The position numbers and the translations under genes were made by a program. The notes under the pieces are model-generated. The model was not told where the DNA came from and did not search any database. It saw only the letters and a list, made by a program, of their open reading frames with translations. 32,000 bases of DNA from an uncultured bacterium (GTDB taxonomy: Bacteria; Cyanobacteriota; Cyanobacteriia; CACIAM-69d): assembly GCA_964655355.1 (NCBI GenBank), contig CAZZMD010000053.1:562-32561 (forward strand). Direction: 5' to 3'. Positions 8,363-17,796 of the stretch are shown here, piece by piece. Position 1 is the stretch's first letter. Each line of letters opens with the position of its first letter.

Positions 8363-9814
8363 ATGTGTCAAGACTCCAGCAGCCCGGAAACCCCGTTGCC
8401 AACCACCCTTGAGCAGTGCCAGGCTGAACTCAGGCGGGTGCGTCAGGCCCATCAACAGGAGCTGGAACAACGGAAGACGATCGAAAATGAACTGCGGCGA
8501 TCGCAACAGATGTTGCAGCTTGTGATGGACACGCTGCCCGAGACAATTTTCTGGAAGGACAGAGAGTCCAGATATCTCGGGTGCAACCAACTGTTTGCAG
8601 AACATGCTGGATTTCAGTCTCCCAGCCAATTGGTGGGGTTAGACGATTATGAGTTGCCGTGGAAAACGGAAGAGGCTGACTGGTTTCGTGAGTGCGATCG
8701 CCGGGTGATGGACTCGGGTCAGGCTGAGTTCGGCATTGTCGAGCCCTTGCTCTCCGCTGATGGACAACAGCGATGGTTAGAGACCAATAAAGCGCCCCTG
8801 CGGGATGCGGCGGAGAATGTCATTGGCATTCTGGGGACGTATCAGGATATTACCCAGAGGCGGGAAGCGGAGATTCAACTTCAGGACCTCAATCAGAAGC
8901 TGCAAAACCAGGCGACTCAGCTTAACGCTGCCCTGGCGGAACTGAAGCAATCGCAACTGCGCTTGATCCAAAACGAGAAAATGTCCACTTTGGGTAACCT
9001 GGTGGCGGGCGTTGCCCATGAAATTAATAACCCGATGGGGTTTCTGTCGGGCAATTTACAACCCGCGGAAGACTATATCCAGGATCTGTTCGCCATTATT
9101 GATTGCTATCAGGGGGCTATGCCAGAGCCCAGCGCGGAAATTGAGCAGACCCTGGAAGACTACGAATTGGAATTCATTCGCGAAGATTTGCCGAAGATGT
9201 TGGCGTCGATGCAAACGGGCATTCAGCGGGTGCGGGATATTAGCACCAGCTTAAGAACCTTCTCTCGCGCAGACAACACGACGGCGGTTCCTTTCGATAT
9301 CCATGAGGGACTGGAGAGCACCCTTGTTATTCTGAAACATCGCATCAAAGCCAATGAGCATCGTCCGGCGATTCAAGTTGATAAACAGTACGGCGACTTG
9401 CCCCAAATTCAATGTTTCCCCGGCAAGCTGAACCAGGTGTTTATGAATTTGTTGGCTAATGCGATCGATGCGATGGATGAGGCCGGTAAAACGCGGAGTT
9501 TTCAGGATATTCAGGAGCGTCCCCATCAGATTGCGATCGCCACTGAGATGGGGGATGATCCAGACCATATCCGGATTCGCATCGCGGACAATGGCCCGGG
9601 CATTCCCCCAGATGTCCAAGAAAAAATATTTGAACAGTATTTCACCACCAAAACCGTGGGAGAGGGAACGGGGCTGGGACTCGCGATCTGCCAGGAAATT
9701 ATCACCGAAGACCATGGGGGAACCTTAACCCTCGGTACCTCTGCTTCCGCTGGTGCTGAGTTTATTCTGACCCTCCCCGTTCACAAGGCAGGGGCGATCA
9801 CCGGCAATCCCTAG
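8363..9814 (+). CDS. PAS-domain sensor histidine kinase
   Basis: PAS region [26 protein letters not shown]..., coiled coil, H-box [19 protein letters not shown]-box [15 protein letters not shown]1 [10 protein letters not shown]-box EQYFTTK, G2 [10 protein letters not shown]. Confidence 0.93.
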   Translation: MCQDSSSPETPLPTTLEQCQAELRRVRQAHQQELEQRKTIENELRRSQQMLQLVMDTLPETIFWKDRESRYLGCNQLFAEHAGFQSPSQLVGLDDYELPWKTEEADWFRECDRRVMDSGQAEFGIVEPLLSADGQQRWLETNKAPLRDAAENVIGILGTYQDITQRREAEIQLQDLNQKLQNQATQLNAALAELKQSQLRLIQNEKMSTLGNLVAGVAHEINNPMGFLSGNLQPAEDYIQDLFAIIDCYQGAMPEPSAEIEQTLEDYELEFIREDLPKMLASMQTGIQRVRDISTSLRTFSRADNTTAVPFDIHEGLESTLVILKHRIKANEHRPAIQVDKQYGDLPQIQCFPGKLNQVFMNLLANAIDAMDEAGKTRSFQDIQERPHQIAIATEMGDDPDHIRIRIADNGPGIPPDVQEKIFEQYFTTKTVGEGTGLGLAICQEIITEDHGGTLTLGTSASAGAEFILTLPVHKAGAITGNP

Positions 9815-10203
9815 GTCAGTTTTGCCAGCAAAGCTTCGACCCGTTCGCGGACCTCTTCCCGCACCCGGGGGAAAATCTCCGGTTGCTCGGCGGGGTCATC
9901 CAGTTGCCAATCTTCAAAAATCTCCCGCGTCACCCAGTCCGCCGGTAGGTTGACCCCGCAGCCACAGAGGGAAATTACGGCGTCGAAGTTTTCGGGCTGA
10001 AATTCACTTAATGCATTAGAGGTTTGGCTGCGGATATCAATGCCGATCGCGTCCATGGCGTCGATGGCGTGGGGGTTGACCTGGCTGGCTTCTAGGCCGG
10101 AGCTGGTCACCGATACTTTGCCCGCGCCGAGCGATCGCGTAAATCCTTCGGCCATTTGCGATCGCGATGAGTTTTTCTTACACACAAACATGATGCGCTT
10201 CAT
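9811..10203 (-). CDS. arsC: Arsenate reductase, cyanobacterial ArsC (low-molecular-weight phosphatase fold)
   Basis: MKRIMFVCKKNSSRSQMAEGF with P-loop C8 and SLCGCGVNLP CxC pair; IFEDWQLDDP; matches the Synechocystis-type ArsC layout. Confidence 0.92.
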   Translation of the reverse strand: MKRIMFVCKKNSSRSQMAEGFTRSLGAGKVSVTSSGLEASQVNPHAIDAMDAIGIDIRSQTSNALSEFQPENFDAVISLCGCGVNLPADWVTREIFEDWQLDDPAEQPEIFPRVREEVRERVEALLAKLT

Positions 10204-10225
10204 CGGATGGTCCCCTTCTTGGAAT

Positions 10226-10282
10226 GATGGATAAAAGCGATGGATAAGAGCGATGGATAAAAGCGGTGGATAAAAGCGGTGG
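10226..10282. repeat. 13-bp tandem repeat, about 4.4 copies
   Basis: GATGGATAAAAGC / GATGGATAAGAGC / GATGGATAAAAGC / GGTGGATAAAAGC / GGTGG read directly in the arsC-acr3 spacer. Confidence 0.95.
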
Positions 10283-10319
10283 CGGCTCTGGCGTTATGCC
10301 CTAGCTTTATGTCCTGACC

Positions 10320-11483
10320 TTATGCCTTGACCTTGAGACAGCGAGGATCGCATAACGTCGCCTTTTCGGGTTCGCGGGGGAACCAGAATGCGGTGCGCTT
10401 GCAAATTTCTACCAGCATCAACATCACCGGTACTTCGATCAATACCCCGACCACGGTCGCTAGCGCCGCGCCGGAGTTGAGACCGAATAGCATCACCGCC
10501 GTGGCGATCGCTACCTCGAAATGATTGCTCGCGCCGATCAGGGCAGCGGGGGCGGCGTCTTCATAGGTCATCCCCAGTTTCTGGGCGGCTACGTAGGTTA
10601 AGCCAAAAATGACGTTGGTTTGGATAAATAGGGGAATGGCGATAATCGCGATATGTAGGGGCTGCTCCACAATCAGTTCGCCCTTGAAGGTGAACAGCAG
10701 GACGATGGTGGTTAGCAGGGCGATGACGGCGATCGGGCTCAGGTATTTCAGGAAGACGTTGTTAAACCACGCCCGCCCTTTGGTTTGCAAAATCCAGCGC
10801 CGGGATAAAATCCCCGCCACTAGGGGTAAGCCCACATAAATCGACACCGATAGGGCGATCGTTTGCCAGGGCACGACCAAATCGCCCATGGCCAATAGCC
10901 ACCGCCCCAATGGCGCATATAAAAACAGCATCGCCAGAGAATTAATCGCCACCATCACTAGGGTGTGACCCTGGTTGCTGTAGGACAGGTAGCCCCACAT
11001 CAGCACCATTGCTGTGCAAGGGGCAATCCCCAGCAGGATGGCTCCGGCAATGTAGGAGTCGGCGATCGCCACTTCAGTTCCGCGCAAGACTTCCGTCCCT
11101 GCCAGAAACGGCCGCAGCCACTGACCCAGAAATACTTGGGCAAAAATTACCATGGTGAATGGCTTGATGATCCAATTCACCACCAGGGTCAAAATCACTG
11201 GCTTGGGGGTGCGCGCTGCTTTCGCCGCCTGACTAAAGTCAATCTTCACCATGATGGGATACATCATGAAGAACAGGCAGATCGCCACCGGAATCGAGAT
11301 CTGATACACACTCATGGCGTCCAGGGCGATCGCCATGCCGGGGAATAGTCGTCCCAATGCAATCCCTGCCCCAATGCAGCACGCCACCCATAGGGTGAGG
11401 TAGCGCTCGAAAATATTCAGCTCCCCGCCCGCCTGCACCGCAGTCCGGGGAGTCTGATCCGAAGTCGTCGCCATGGCGAACAC
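10320..11483 (-). CDS. acr3: ACR3-family arsenite efflux transporter
   Basis: 387 aa; [88 protein letters not shown], all ACR3 signatures. Possible internal start at 11474. Confidence 0.93.
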   Translation of the reverse strand: MFAMATTSDQTPRTAVQAGGELNIFERYLTLWVACCIGAGIALGRLFPGMAIALDAMSVYQISIPVAICLFFMMYPIMVKIDFSQAAKAARTPKPVILTLVVNWIIKPFTMVIFAQVFLGQWLRPFLAGTEVLRGTEVAIADSYIAGAILLGIAPCTAMVLMWGYLSYSNQGHTLVMVAINSLAMLFLYAPLGRWLLAMGDLVVPWQTIALSVSIYVGLPLVAGILSRRWILQTKGRAWFNNVFLKYLSPIAVIALLTTIVLLFTFKGELIVEQPLHIAIIAIPLFIQTNVIFGLTYVAAQKLGMTYEDAAPAALIGASNHFEVAIATAVMLFGLNSGAALATVVGVLIEVPVMLMLVEICKRTAFWFPREPEKATLCDPRCLKVKA

Positions 11484-11541
11484 CCCTTAACTTATGCTTG
11501 TATGCTTGTTTCCCGTTACCGCGTTAGCCGCTGAAGTACCC

Positions 11542-11976
11542 CTAAGCCTCCGTTGGCTCGCCCCCCAAACCGATATCCCGTAGCGCCGAACATTCCCCCT
11601 CGGGCGTCGGCTGATCCAGAAAGGTTTGGCATTCTGCCACCAGCGGCGATAGCTCGTCCCGCAGGGCCTGTAGCCGCTGAATTTTCTGATCCAGCTCCTG
11701 CACCTTGTGCTCCAAACGCTCCTGGATCGCCCGACAGGTCAAAGATTCGCCGTCATACAGCGCCAGGATGTCCTTGATTTCCTCCAAGCTCAGCCCCAGT
11801 GCCTTAATTCGCATAATGAAGCTCAGCCGCGCCACGTCGCGATCGCCAAAGAGCCGGTATCCCGATGGCGATCGCTGGGGCGCAGGGATTAGACCAATGC
11901 GCTCGTAGAAGTACAGGGTTTGGGAGTTGAGACCCAATTTTTGGGCCACCTCACCGGTTCGCAGCAAGCTAGTCAC
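11542..11976 (-). CDS. MerR-family heavy-metal-responsive transcriptional regulator
   Basis: MTSLLRTGEVAQKLGLNSQTLYFYERIGLIPAPQRSPSGYRLF (MerR HTH), dimerisation helix, Cys at 81, 116 and 129. GTG start at 11976. Confidence 0.92.
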   Translation of the reverse strand: MTSLLRTGEVAQKLGLNSQTLYFYERIGLIPAPQRSPSGYRLFGDRDVARLSFIMRIKALGLSLEEIKDILALYDGESLTCRAIQERLEHKVQELDQKIQRLQALRDELSPLVAECQTFLDQPTPEGECSALRDIGLGGEPTEA

Positions 11977-12002
11977 AGAACAAAACGCTTCAACTGGGAC
12001 TG

Positions 12003-12039
12003 ATGCTACACCTTGTACCTGGGTATAAGGTCAAGGTGT
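12003..12039 (-). promoter_or_regulatory. Predicted MerR-type promoter/operator of the merR-acr3-arsC operon
   Basis: Minus strand reads ACACCTTGACCTTATACCCAGGTACAAGGTGTAGCAT: -35 TTGACC (12029-12034), 20-bp spacer, -10 TAGCAT (12003-12008), dyad ACACCTTG...CAAGGTGT and inner ACCTT-N11-AAGGT, about 26 bp upstream of the GTG. Confidence 0.75.
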
Positions 12040-12484
12040 TGGGGAGAATCCGTTGGTAACGACTGTCGAGGGGGCGGTGGGAGTCCGACTGTCTGTGGGT
12101 CAGGGAATTGTTCTGATGCCGATGGGGATGGCCATGGACGCTTGCTGTTTGCCCGTGACCTGAATAGTTCAGATAGGGTCGATGCGTGAATGTTGCGGGC
12201 AATGATGGGGGGAGTTGAGGGCTGGGTATACTTATAGACATACGTTAAAGCTGCATGAGTGCGGCCCACCGTCAGGGGGTGGTGCTCAATTCCAGCCTAG
12301 AAATGCTCTGCTTCCGTTGCTCGAGACTCTGCTGCTCCCCCTCGACGTTTTAAGACATACCACGGTGCCAGGTGCGCTGTGGATAGGTATTTAGCGCGGA
12401 CCAAAAGGTCTTAATGGGGTTCTAACTTAAGAGGCTCGGTCGGCCCCTGATTTCAGTGGCCCTGTGTTGTTTTAAGTTCGGTAA

Positions 12485-14332
12485 TTGTTCAGTGTCTGGG
12501 CAGTGATTATGCCTTTTCTGCTTGGAAAATGGATTCACTTGACGGTACGGCAGCGAATCGTTGCTGGTTATGCTGCCATGTTGGGGGTGGTTGCTCTGGG
12601 GGCCATGATCGGTTGGGGGCTCGGAAATGACTACCGCCAAAAATCCCTTAAGTCCTATCGGATGGCCACTGCCGAGCGGGAATTCTTAGATGATCTTCAG
12701 TTGGCAATTTTAGCGGTCCGCCCTGGCAAACAGTTACTTCCGCTACTGGATAGTCCCGAACGATTTCGCCAGGGCAGTCAAGTTTTTTTAGGGCGTATTG
12801 AGTCTGTCCAGCAGTTGTTGGGACACCACTACCATCTCCATGCTGAGATGTTGCATAGTCCCTTACTTCGAGGGGGAGACCTGAGCCCAGAGGCTTTGCA
12901 TCACCGCTTGAGCGACTATCAAGCTACGGCCAATGAGTTCTTTAGATACTCGCAATCAACTTTTGCTAAAGCTCAAAGTCTGATCGGTGCTGCTGATACG
13001 CAGGATCAAGCCAGACAAGTGATCACTAGGCTGATACAAAGTGAGACGTTTCGCAACTATATTGATTTTCCGGATGAGTTAAGCAACTGGATTGATCAAG
13101 CTGAAGCGCGGGAAAAATTGGCAGAGGAGCAGCTATTGGGGGCTGAGCTGCTGCGCCGAAATATTACCCTCTTGAGTGTGTTTGTCTCTTTGGCGATCGC
13201 CTTGCTGATTTCTTGGTTTGTGAGTAAAACCATTGCCAAACCGATTCGAGATGTCATTCACCAATCCAAAGTCATTACAGAAAACAGTGATTTTAAACAG
13301 CGGATGCCTGCGCAGAGACAGGATGAAATTGGTGATTTGAGTCGTACCCTGAATACCTTGTTTGGACAGGTTGACTTGCTGTTGAGCCAAGTGAATGAGC
13401 AGAATGTAGAGCTTCGGGAGGCTTTGAAGAAACTACAGAACCATAAAATTATTGATGATCGAATGTCGAGTTTGAATCAAGTGGTGGCGGGTGTTGCCCA
13501 CGAGATCAATAATCCGATGACGTTCATTCATTCCAATATTCCCCATCTGGAGGAGTATTTTGAAGTGCTGATGGCGTCAGTCCGGGGCTCTGACGACTCG
13601 GACGTGGAGGCGGGGGATGATTCGCTGTCCGGTTTAGATAGCGCTGAAATTCGTTTTATGGAGGAAGATATCCCCCGCATTTTTGCGTCCCTGAAGACTG
13701 GGACGAGTCGGGTTTGTCAAATCGTGACCTCTTTGCGGACCTTTGCTCATATGGATGAAGCCGCGTTCAAGCAGGTCGATATCCATACGGGCATTGACGA
13801 CACATTGATGGTGCTGCAACACCGTTTGGGGATGGGAGGGCACTTATATGATGTTGAGCTGGTGAAGCAGTATGGGGATTTGCCAGAGGTCGAATGCTAT
13901 GCGGGGCAGATGAATCAGGTCTTCCTGAATATTTTGGTCAATGCTCTAGACGCTTTGGCTGAGGCGCGGGGAGGAGAGGGGGAGACGCGGCTGGGGCATA
14001 ATGACAGGATTTTGATTGAGACCCGGTTTGTTTCGGAGTCTCGGCAGGTGGAAATCGTGATTGGCAATAGTGGACCGGCGGTGGATGCTCAGGTCCAGGC
14101 GAAGATGTTTGACCCGTTCTTTACGACTAAACCCGTTGGGCGGGGCACGGGGATGGGGTTGGCGATTTGCCATCAAATTGTTGCCGAAAACCATGGGGGA
14201 ACTTTGGAGTGTATTTCGCCTGCTGGGGAGTGGGGGGTGAAATTTGTAATTCGTATTCCGGTTCGGCGTGCCTGTGCTGTGAAGCCTGCCGATAGGGTGG
14301 ACGGTGCTGTGACGGGGCAGGCGGTGGCGTGA
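12485..14332 (+). CDS. Membrane-bound HAMP-domain histidine kinase with degenerate G1 box
   Basis: TM1 (IVAGYAAMLGVVALGAMIG), about 175 aa periplasmic segment, TM2, HAMP (KTIAKPIRDVIHQSKVITENSDFKQRMPAQRQDEIGDLSRTLN), H-box [15 protein letters not shown]-box LNILVNALDALAEA, G2 GRGTGMGLAI. Confidence 0.9.
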   Translation: MFSVWAVIMPFLLGKWIHLTVRQRIVAGYAAMLGVVALGAMIGWGLGNDYRQKSLKSYRMATAEREFLDDLQLAILAVRPGKQLLPLLDSPERFRQGSQVFLGRIESVQQLLGHHYHLHAEMLHSPLLRGGDLSPEALHHRLSDYQATANEFFRYSQSTFAKAQSLIGAADTQDQARQVITRLIQSETFRNYIDFPDELSNWIDQAEAREKLAEEQLLGAELLRRNITLLSVFVSLAIALLISWFVSKTIAKPIRDVIHQSKVITENSDFKQRMPAQRQDEIGDLSRTLNTLFGQVDLLLSQVNEQNVELREALKKLQNHKIIDDRMSSLNQVVAGVAHEINNPMTFIHSNIPHLEEYFEVLMASVRGSDDSDVEAGDDSLSGLDSAEIRFMEEDIPRIFASLKTGTSRVCQIVTSLRTFAHMDEAAFKQVDIHTGIDDTLMVLQHRLGMGGHLYDVELVKQYGDLPEVECYAGQMNQVFLNILVNALDALAEARGGEGETRLGHNDRILIETRFVSESRQVEIVIGNSGPAVDAQVQAKMFDPFFTTKPVGRGTGMGLAICHQIVAENHGGTLECISPAGEWGVKFVIRIPVRRACAVKPADRVDGAVTGQAVA

Positions 14333-14410
14333 CGGCTCATGGGGTTCTAATCCTTGTTATTCTGTGGCGTGCGACCTAACTGTTCTTAGTGGCGAGCTAT
14401 CTCATTTCCC

Positions 14411-15652
14411 ATGACCCAACGCCCGATCGCCATTGATTTGTTTGCCGGTGCTGGGGGCTTGAGTCTGGGGTTTGAACAGGCGGGGTTTGATGTGCCGGTG
14501 GCGGTGGAGATTGATCCGGTTCATTGTTTGGTGCATGATTTCAATTTTTCCCAGTGGACGGTGTTGCCGCGATCGGTGAAGCGGGTGACGGGGGAGATGG
14601 TGCGGGATGCGGTGGTCGCTGCGGTGGGCGATCGCCCGGTGGATGTGGTGGTGGGGGGCGCGCCGTGTCAGGGGTTTTCGTTGATTGGACAGCGGGCGTT
14701 GGATGATCCGCGGAATTCTCTCGTGAAGGAGTTTTTGCGGATTGTTCGGGAGGTGCAACCTAAGTATTTTGTGTTTGAAAACGTGAAAGGGTTGACCATT
14801 GGCCGCCATCGCCAATTTTTGAAAGAGTTGATTGGGGCGGCGCAGGCGGCGAAGTATGACGTTGTGCAGCCGTGGCGGGTGTTGAATGCGGTGGATTATG
14901 GGGTGCCCCAATGTCGGGAGCGGTTGTTTTTGTTGGGGGTGCGACGGGGGTTGCCACCGCCGCAGTATCCGGAGCCGTTGGAGCAGCGGACAACCTGTGT
15001 TGACGCGCTGGGGGATTTGCCGGACGCGGAGACGTTTGCGCTGCTGAATGAGGTGGATGTGGTGAAAATTGGGAAATTTCCCGCCCCTTCCAGTGCCTAT
15101 GCCAAACAGATGCGGTGTCTTGATGCGGAGGATTGGCATTTTGGGTATCGGCGAAAATGGGATCCAACCGTTCTGACCAGCAGTCGACGGACGGACCATA
15201 CCAAAAAAATTCGCGATCGCTTTGCCCAAACGTTGCCGGGGACGCGGGATCAACCGTCCCGATTTTTAAAGCTCGACCCGGATGGTTTTGCGAATACCCT
15301 ACGGGCGGGGACGGATTCGGCGCGGGGGGCGTTTACGAGTCCGCGGCCGATTCATTACCAATACAATCGCTGCGTCACGGTGCGGGAAATGGCGCGGCTC
15401 CATGGGTTTCCCGATTGGTTTCGGTTGCATTCCACCAAATGGCATGGGGCGCGGCAAATTGGCAATTCGGTGCCGCCGCCGTTGGCTCGGGCGATCGCCA
15501 CAGAAATTATCAAAGCCCTAGGGCTTCAACCCACGCGACCTAAATCGGTTTATCCCCTGGGCGATCGCCGGTTGCTGTCTTTGGATATGTCGGCGGCTTC
15601 GGCCCATTGGGAGATTGAGAACCCGATCAAGCCGCGATCGCGACAGGTCTAG
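14411..15652 (+). CDS. DNA (cytosine-5-)-methyltransferase
   Basis: m5C MTase motifs: I AIDLFAGAGGLSLGFEQAG, IV VVVGGAPCQGFS, VI YFVFENVKG, VIII QCRERLFLLGV, IX CVTVREMARLHGFPDWF, X RQIGNSVPPPLARAIA. Confidence 0.95.
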   Translation: MTQRPIAIDLFAGAGGLSLGFEQAGFDVPVAVEIDPVHCLVHDFNFSQWTVLPRSVKRVTGEMVRDAVVAAVGDRPVDVVVGGAPCQGFSLIGQRALDDPRNSLVKEFLRIVREVQPKYFVFENVKGLTIGRHRQFLKELIGAAQAAKYDVVQPWRVLNAVDYGVPQCRERLFLLGVRRGLPPPQYPEPLEQRTTCVDALGDLPDAETFALLNEVDVVKIGKFPAPSSAYAKQMRCLDAEDWHFGYRRKWDPTVLTSSRRTDHTKKIRDRFAQTLPGTRDQPSRFLKLDPDGFANTLRAGTDSARGAFTSPRPIHYQYNRCVTVREMARLHGFPDWFRLHSTKWHGARQIGNSVPPPLARAIATEIIKALGLQPTRPKSVYPLGDRRLLSLDMSAASAHWEIENPIKPRSRQV

Positions 15653-15673
15653 GGATCCCCTGTGAATTTCGAG

Positions 15674-17428
15674 TTACATGCGTTCTAGTACGTCAATGCC
15701 CAACAGTCCTAGTCCCAGTTTTAGGGTGCGGGCGGTTAGGTCGCATAGCATTAGGCGGGAGAGGCGATCGCTTTCATCGGCCTGGAGGACGGGGCATTTG
15801 TCGTAAAACTGGTTGAATTTTTTGCTCAGTTCATAGAGGTATTCGCAGAGGCGGTTGGGCATTAGCTCTTGAGAGATGCCGTCTAGCACTTCGTCCAGTT
15901 TTAGGATGTGCTTGGCGAGGGTGAGTTCTGCGTCTTCTTTTAGGGCGATCGCTGAGCTATCCAACTCAGAAAAATCAACGCCTCCTTTGCGGCTAATGCT
16001 TTGGATCCGGGCGAAGGCGTAGAGCAGGTAGGGGGCGGTGTTGCCCTGGAGGGTCAGCATTTTGTCGTAGCTGAAGGCGTAGTTGCTGGTGCGGTTTTGG
16101 CTGAGGTCCGCATATTTCACCGCGCCAATGCCGACTTTTTTCGACACTTCATCGATAAAGGCTGGCGATTCTTCCCGTTCTTCTTCCGCTAGCCGGGTTT
16201 CGAGATCTGCGCGTGATCGCGATACCGCCTCATCCAACAAATCCCGTAGCTTGGGCGTGTCTCCGGACCGGGTTTTGAGTTTCTTGCCGTCTGCCCCCTG
16301 GACCAATCCAAAGGGGACGTGGGTTAGCTCCACCGCATCGGGGGCTAGCGCCACTTTGCGCGCTACTTGAAAAACCTGGGTGAAATGGTTGGCCTGACCG
16401 GAGTCCGTCACATATAAAATTCGCTCCGCTTGGTCGTCCCGGACCCGGTACCGAATCGCCGCTAGGTCCGTGGTGGCATAGTTATAGCCGCCGTCCGATT
16501 TCTGCACAATCAACGGCAACGGGTCGCCTGCCTTATTGGTAAACCCGTCCAAAAAGACGCATTGCGCCCCCTGGTCCTCCACCAGCAAGCCGGAGTCCTT
16601 CACCTCCGCTACGGTGTCCGCCAACATCGGGTTATAGAACGACTCCCCCCGTTCCGTTAATTTCACGTCGAGGCGATCGTAAATCTTTTGAAACTCTTTG
16701 CGGGATTGTTCGCATAGCAACGCCCACGCTTTGCGGCTTTCTTCGTCGCCCCCTTGCAGTTTGACGACGCCTTCCCGCGATCGCTCTTTAAAATCCTCGT
16801 CCTCATCAAAGCGCTTTTTCGCCCGCTGATAAAACGCCACCAAATCCCCAATGTCTACCGCATCCGCTTGGGTTAGCGCCTCTGGGCATTCCTCCCGCAA
16901 ATGGGTGATCAACATTCCGAATTGGGTGCCCCAATCGCCCACATGGTTCAGGCGCAGGACATCGTGCCCCAAAAATTCCAAAATTCGGGCGATCGCATCT
17001 CCAATAATCGTGGAGCGTAGATGCCCCACGTGCATTTCCTTCGCGATATTCGGGCTGGAAAAGTCGACGATTACCCGTTGGGGCGTTTCGACGGGGGCAA
17101 TGCCTAGGCGATCGCTCTGCTGCATGTCCTGGAGTTGCTGGTTCAGATACGCCGGCTTCAGGGTGAAGTTGATAAAGCCCGGCCCGGCGATCGTGGGTGT
17201 CTCACACAGCGCCGCTACGTCTAAATTTTCTAGAATTCCTTGGGCGATTTGGCGGGGGGCTTTGCCTAGGGTTTTTGCGAGGGGAAGGGCAATATTGGCC
17301 TGATAATCCCCAAATTTTGGATTGTTCGTCGCTGCTAGCAACGGGTCAGTGCCTGCGAGGTCCGCCCCAAAGGCTGCCACCAGTGCCTGATCGAGTTGTT
17401 GAGACAGATAGGCGATCGCATCTTTCAT
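15674..17428 (-). CDS. argS: Arginyl-tRNA synthetase
   Basis: 584 aa; [53 protein letters not shown] (HIGH-type), KTRSGD, C-terminal DALR-type anticodon domain [34 protein letters not shown]. Confidence 0.97.
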   Translation of the reverse strand: MKDAIAYLSQQLDQALVAAFGADLAGTDPLLAATNNPKFGDYQANIALPLAKTLGKAPRQIAQGILENLDVAALCETPTIAGPGFINFTLKPAYLNQQLQDMQQSDRLGIAPVETPQRVIVDFSSPNIAKEMHVGHLRSTIIGDAIARILEFLGHDVLRLNHVGDWGTQFGMLITHLREECPEALTQADAVDIGDLVAFYQRAKKRFDEDEDFKERSREGVVKLQGGDEESRKAWALLCEQSRKEFQKIYDRLDVKLTERGESFYNPMLADTVAEVKDSGLLVEDQGAQCVFLDGFTNKAGDPLPLIVQKSDGGYNYATTDLAAIRYRVRDDQAERILYVTDSGQANHFTQVFQVARKVALAPDAVELTHVPFGLVQGADGKKLKTRSGDTPKLRDLLDEAVSRSRADLETRLAEEEREESPAFIDEVSKKVGIGAVKYADLSQNRTSNYAFSYDKMLTLQGNTAPYLLYAFARIQSISRKGGVDFSELDSSAIALKEDAELTLAKHILKLDEVLDGISQELMPNRLCEYLYELSKKFNQFYDKCPVLQADESDRLSRLMLCDLTARTLKLGLGLLGIDVLERM

Positions 17429-17545
17429 GGACCCAGGCGCCGCAAAGGGCGAATAACAGCAACGACTAAACTATACCGATCCGAACCGCTCGTAAAACCG
17501 ATTCGGAAAACCAATCTAAAAATCAGCCTTGCAAAATTAAGCATT

Positions 17546-17587
17546 AAAAAACAGGACCAGTCCGGTTGGGAATGATCCTGCTTTTTT
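17546..17587. terminator. Intrinsic-terminator-like hairpin downstream of tRNA-Pro
   Basis: AAAAAACAGGA...TCCTGCTTTTTT inverted repeat; minus-strand orientation would end in a U-run. Confidence 0.5.
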
Positions 17588-17631
17588 GGGGTTAAAAACT
17601 TGTTGCCAAGTTCAGGGATGATGCTTTTGAA

Positions 17632-17705
17632 TCGGAGCGGCGGGATTTGAACCCACGACCCCTACTACCCCAAAGTAGTGCGCTACCAAGCTGCGCTACG
17701 CCCCG
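17632..17705 (-). tRNA. tRNA-Pro(GGG)
   Basis: Minus strand folds as a cloverleaf: CGGGGCG TA GCGC AGCTTGGTA GCGC A CTACT TTGGGGT AGTAG GGGTC GTGGG TTCAAAT CCCGC CGCTCCG A. Anticodon positions 34-36 are GGG; C1:G72 and A73 fit tRNA-Pro; CCA not encoded. Confidence 0.95.
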
Positions 17706-17796
17706 AAGGCTTAGACAGAATAACACAATCGTTCGCCGTTCCAGAAAATTTTTTTGGCGGAGTGGAGCAACGCCAAACTCCCCCTCAAAATCCGCT

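Noticed and set aside
10226-10282. Short direct repeats considered as a CRISPR array (also 4488-4547 and 20416-20454)
   Set aside because: Units are 13-15 bp and directly abutting with no unique spacers, and no cas genes are nearby.
11990-12241. 83-87 aa minus-strand ORFs upstream of merR
   Set aside because: They overlap the predicted MerR promoter dyad and show Pro/Ser/Thr low-complexity composition; probably non-coding.
14402-15253. 283 aa minus-strand ORF
   Set aside because: Fully antisense to the methyltransferase; His/Arg/Pro-rich composition typical of a shadow frame.
15282-15521. Short + strand ORFs inside the methyltransferase gene that might suggest a split or frameshifted MTase
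   Set aside because: The methyltransferase frame is continuous through motifs IX and X, so there is no frameshift.
14411-15652. Restriction-modification system
   Set aside because: Only the methyltransferase is present; both neighbours are clearly non-restriction genes.
17632-17705. tRNA-Pro(UGG) reading
   Set aside because: The 7-nt loop is TTGGGGT, so positions 34-36 are GGG; UGG would require TTTGGGT.
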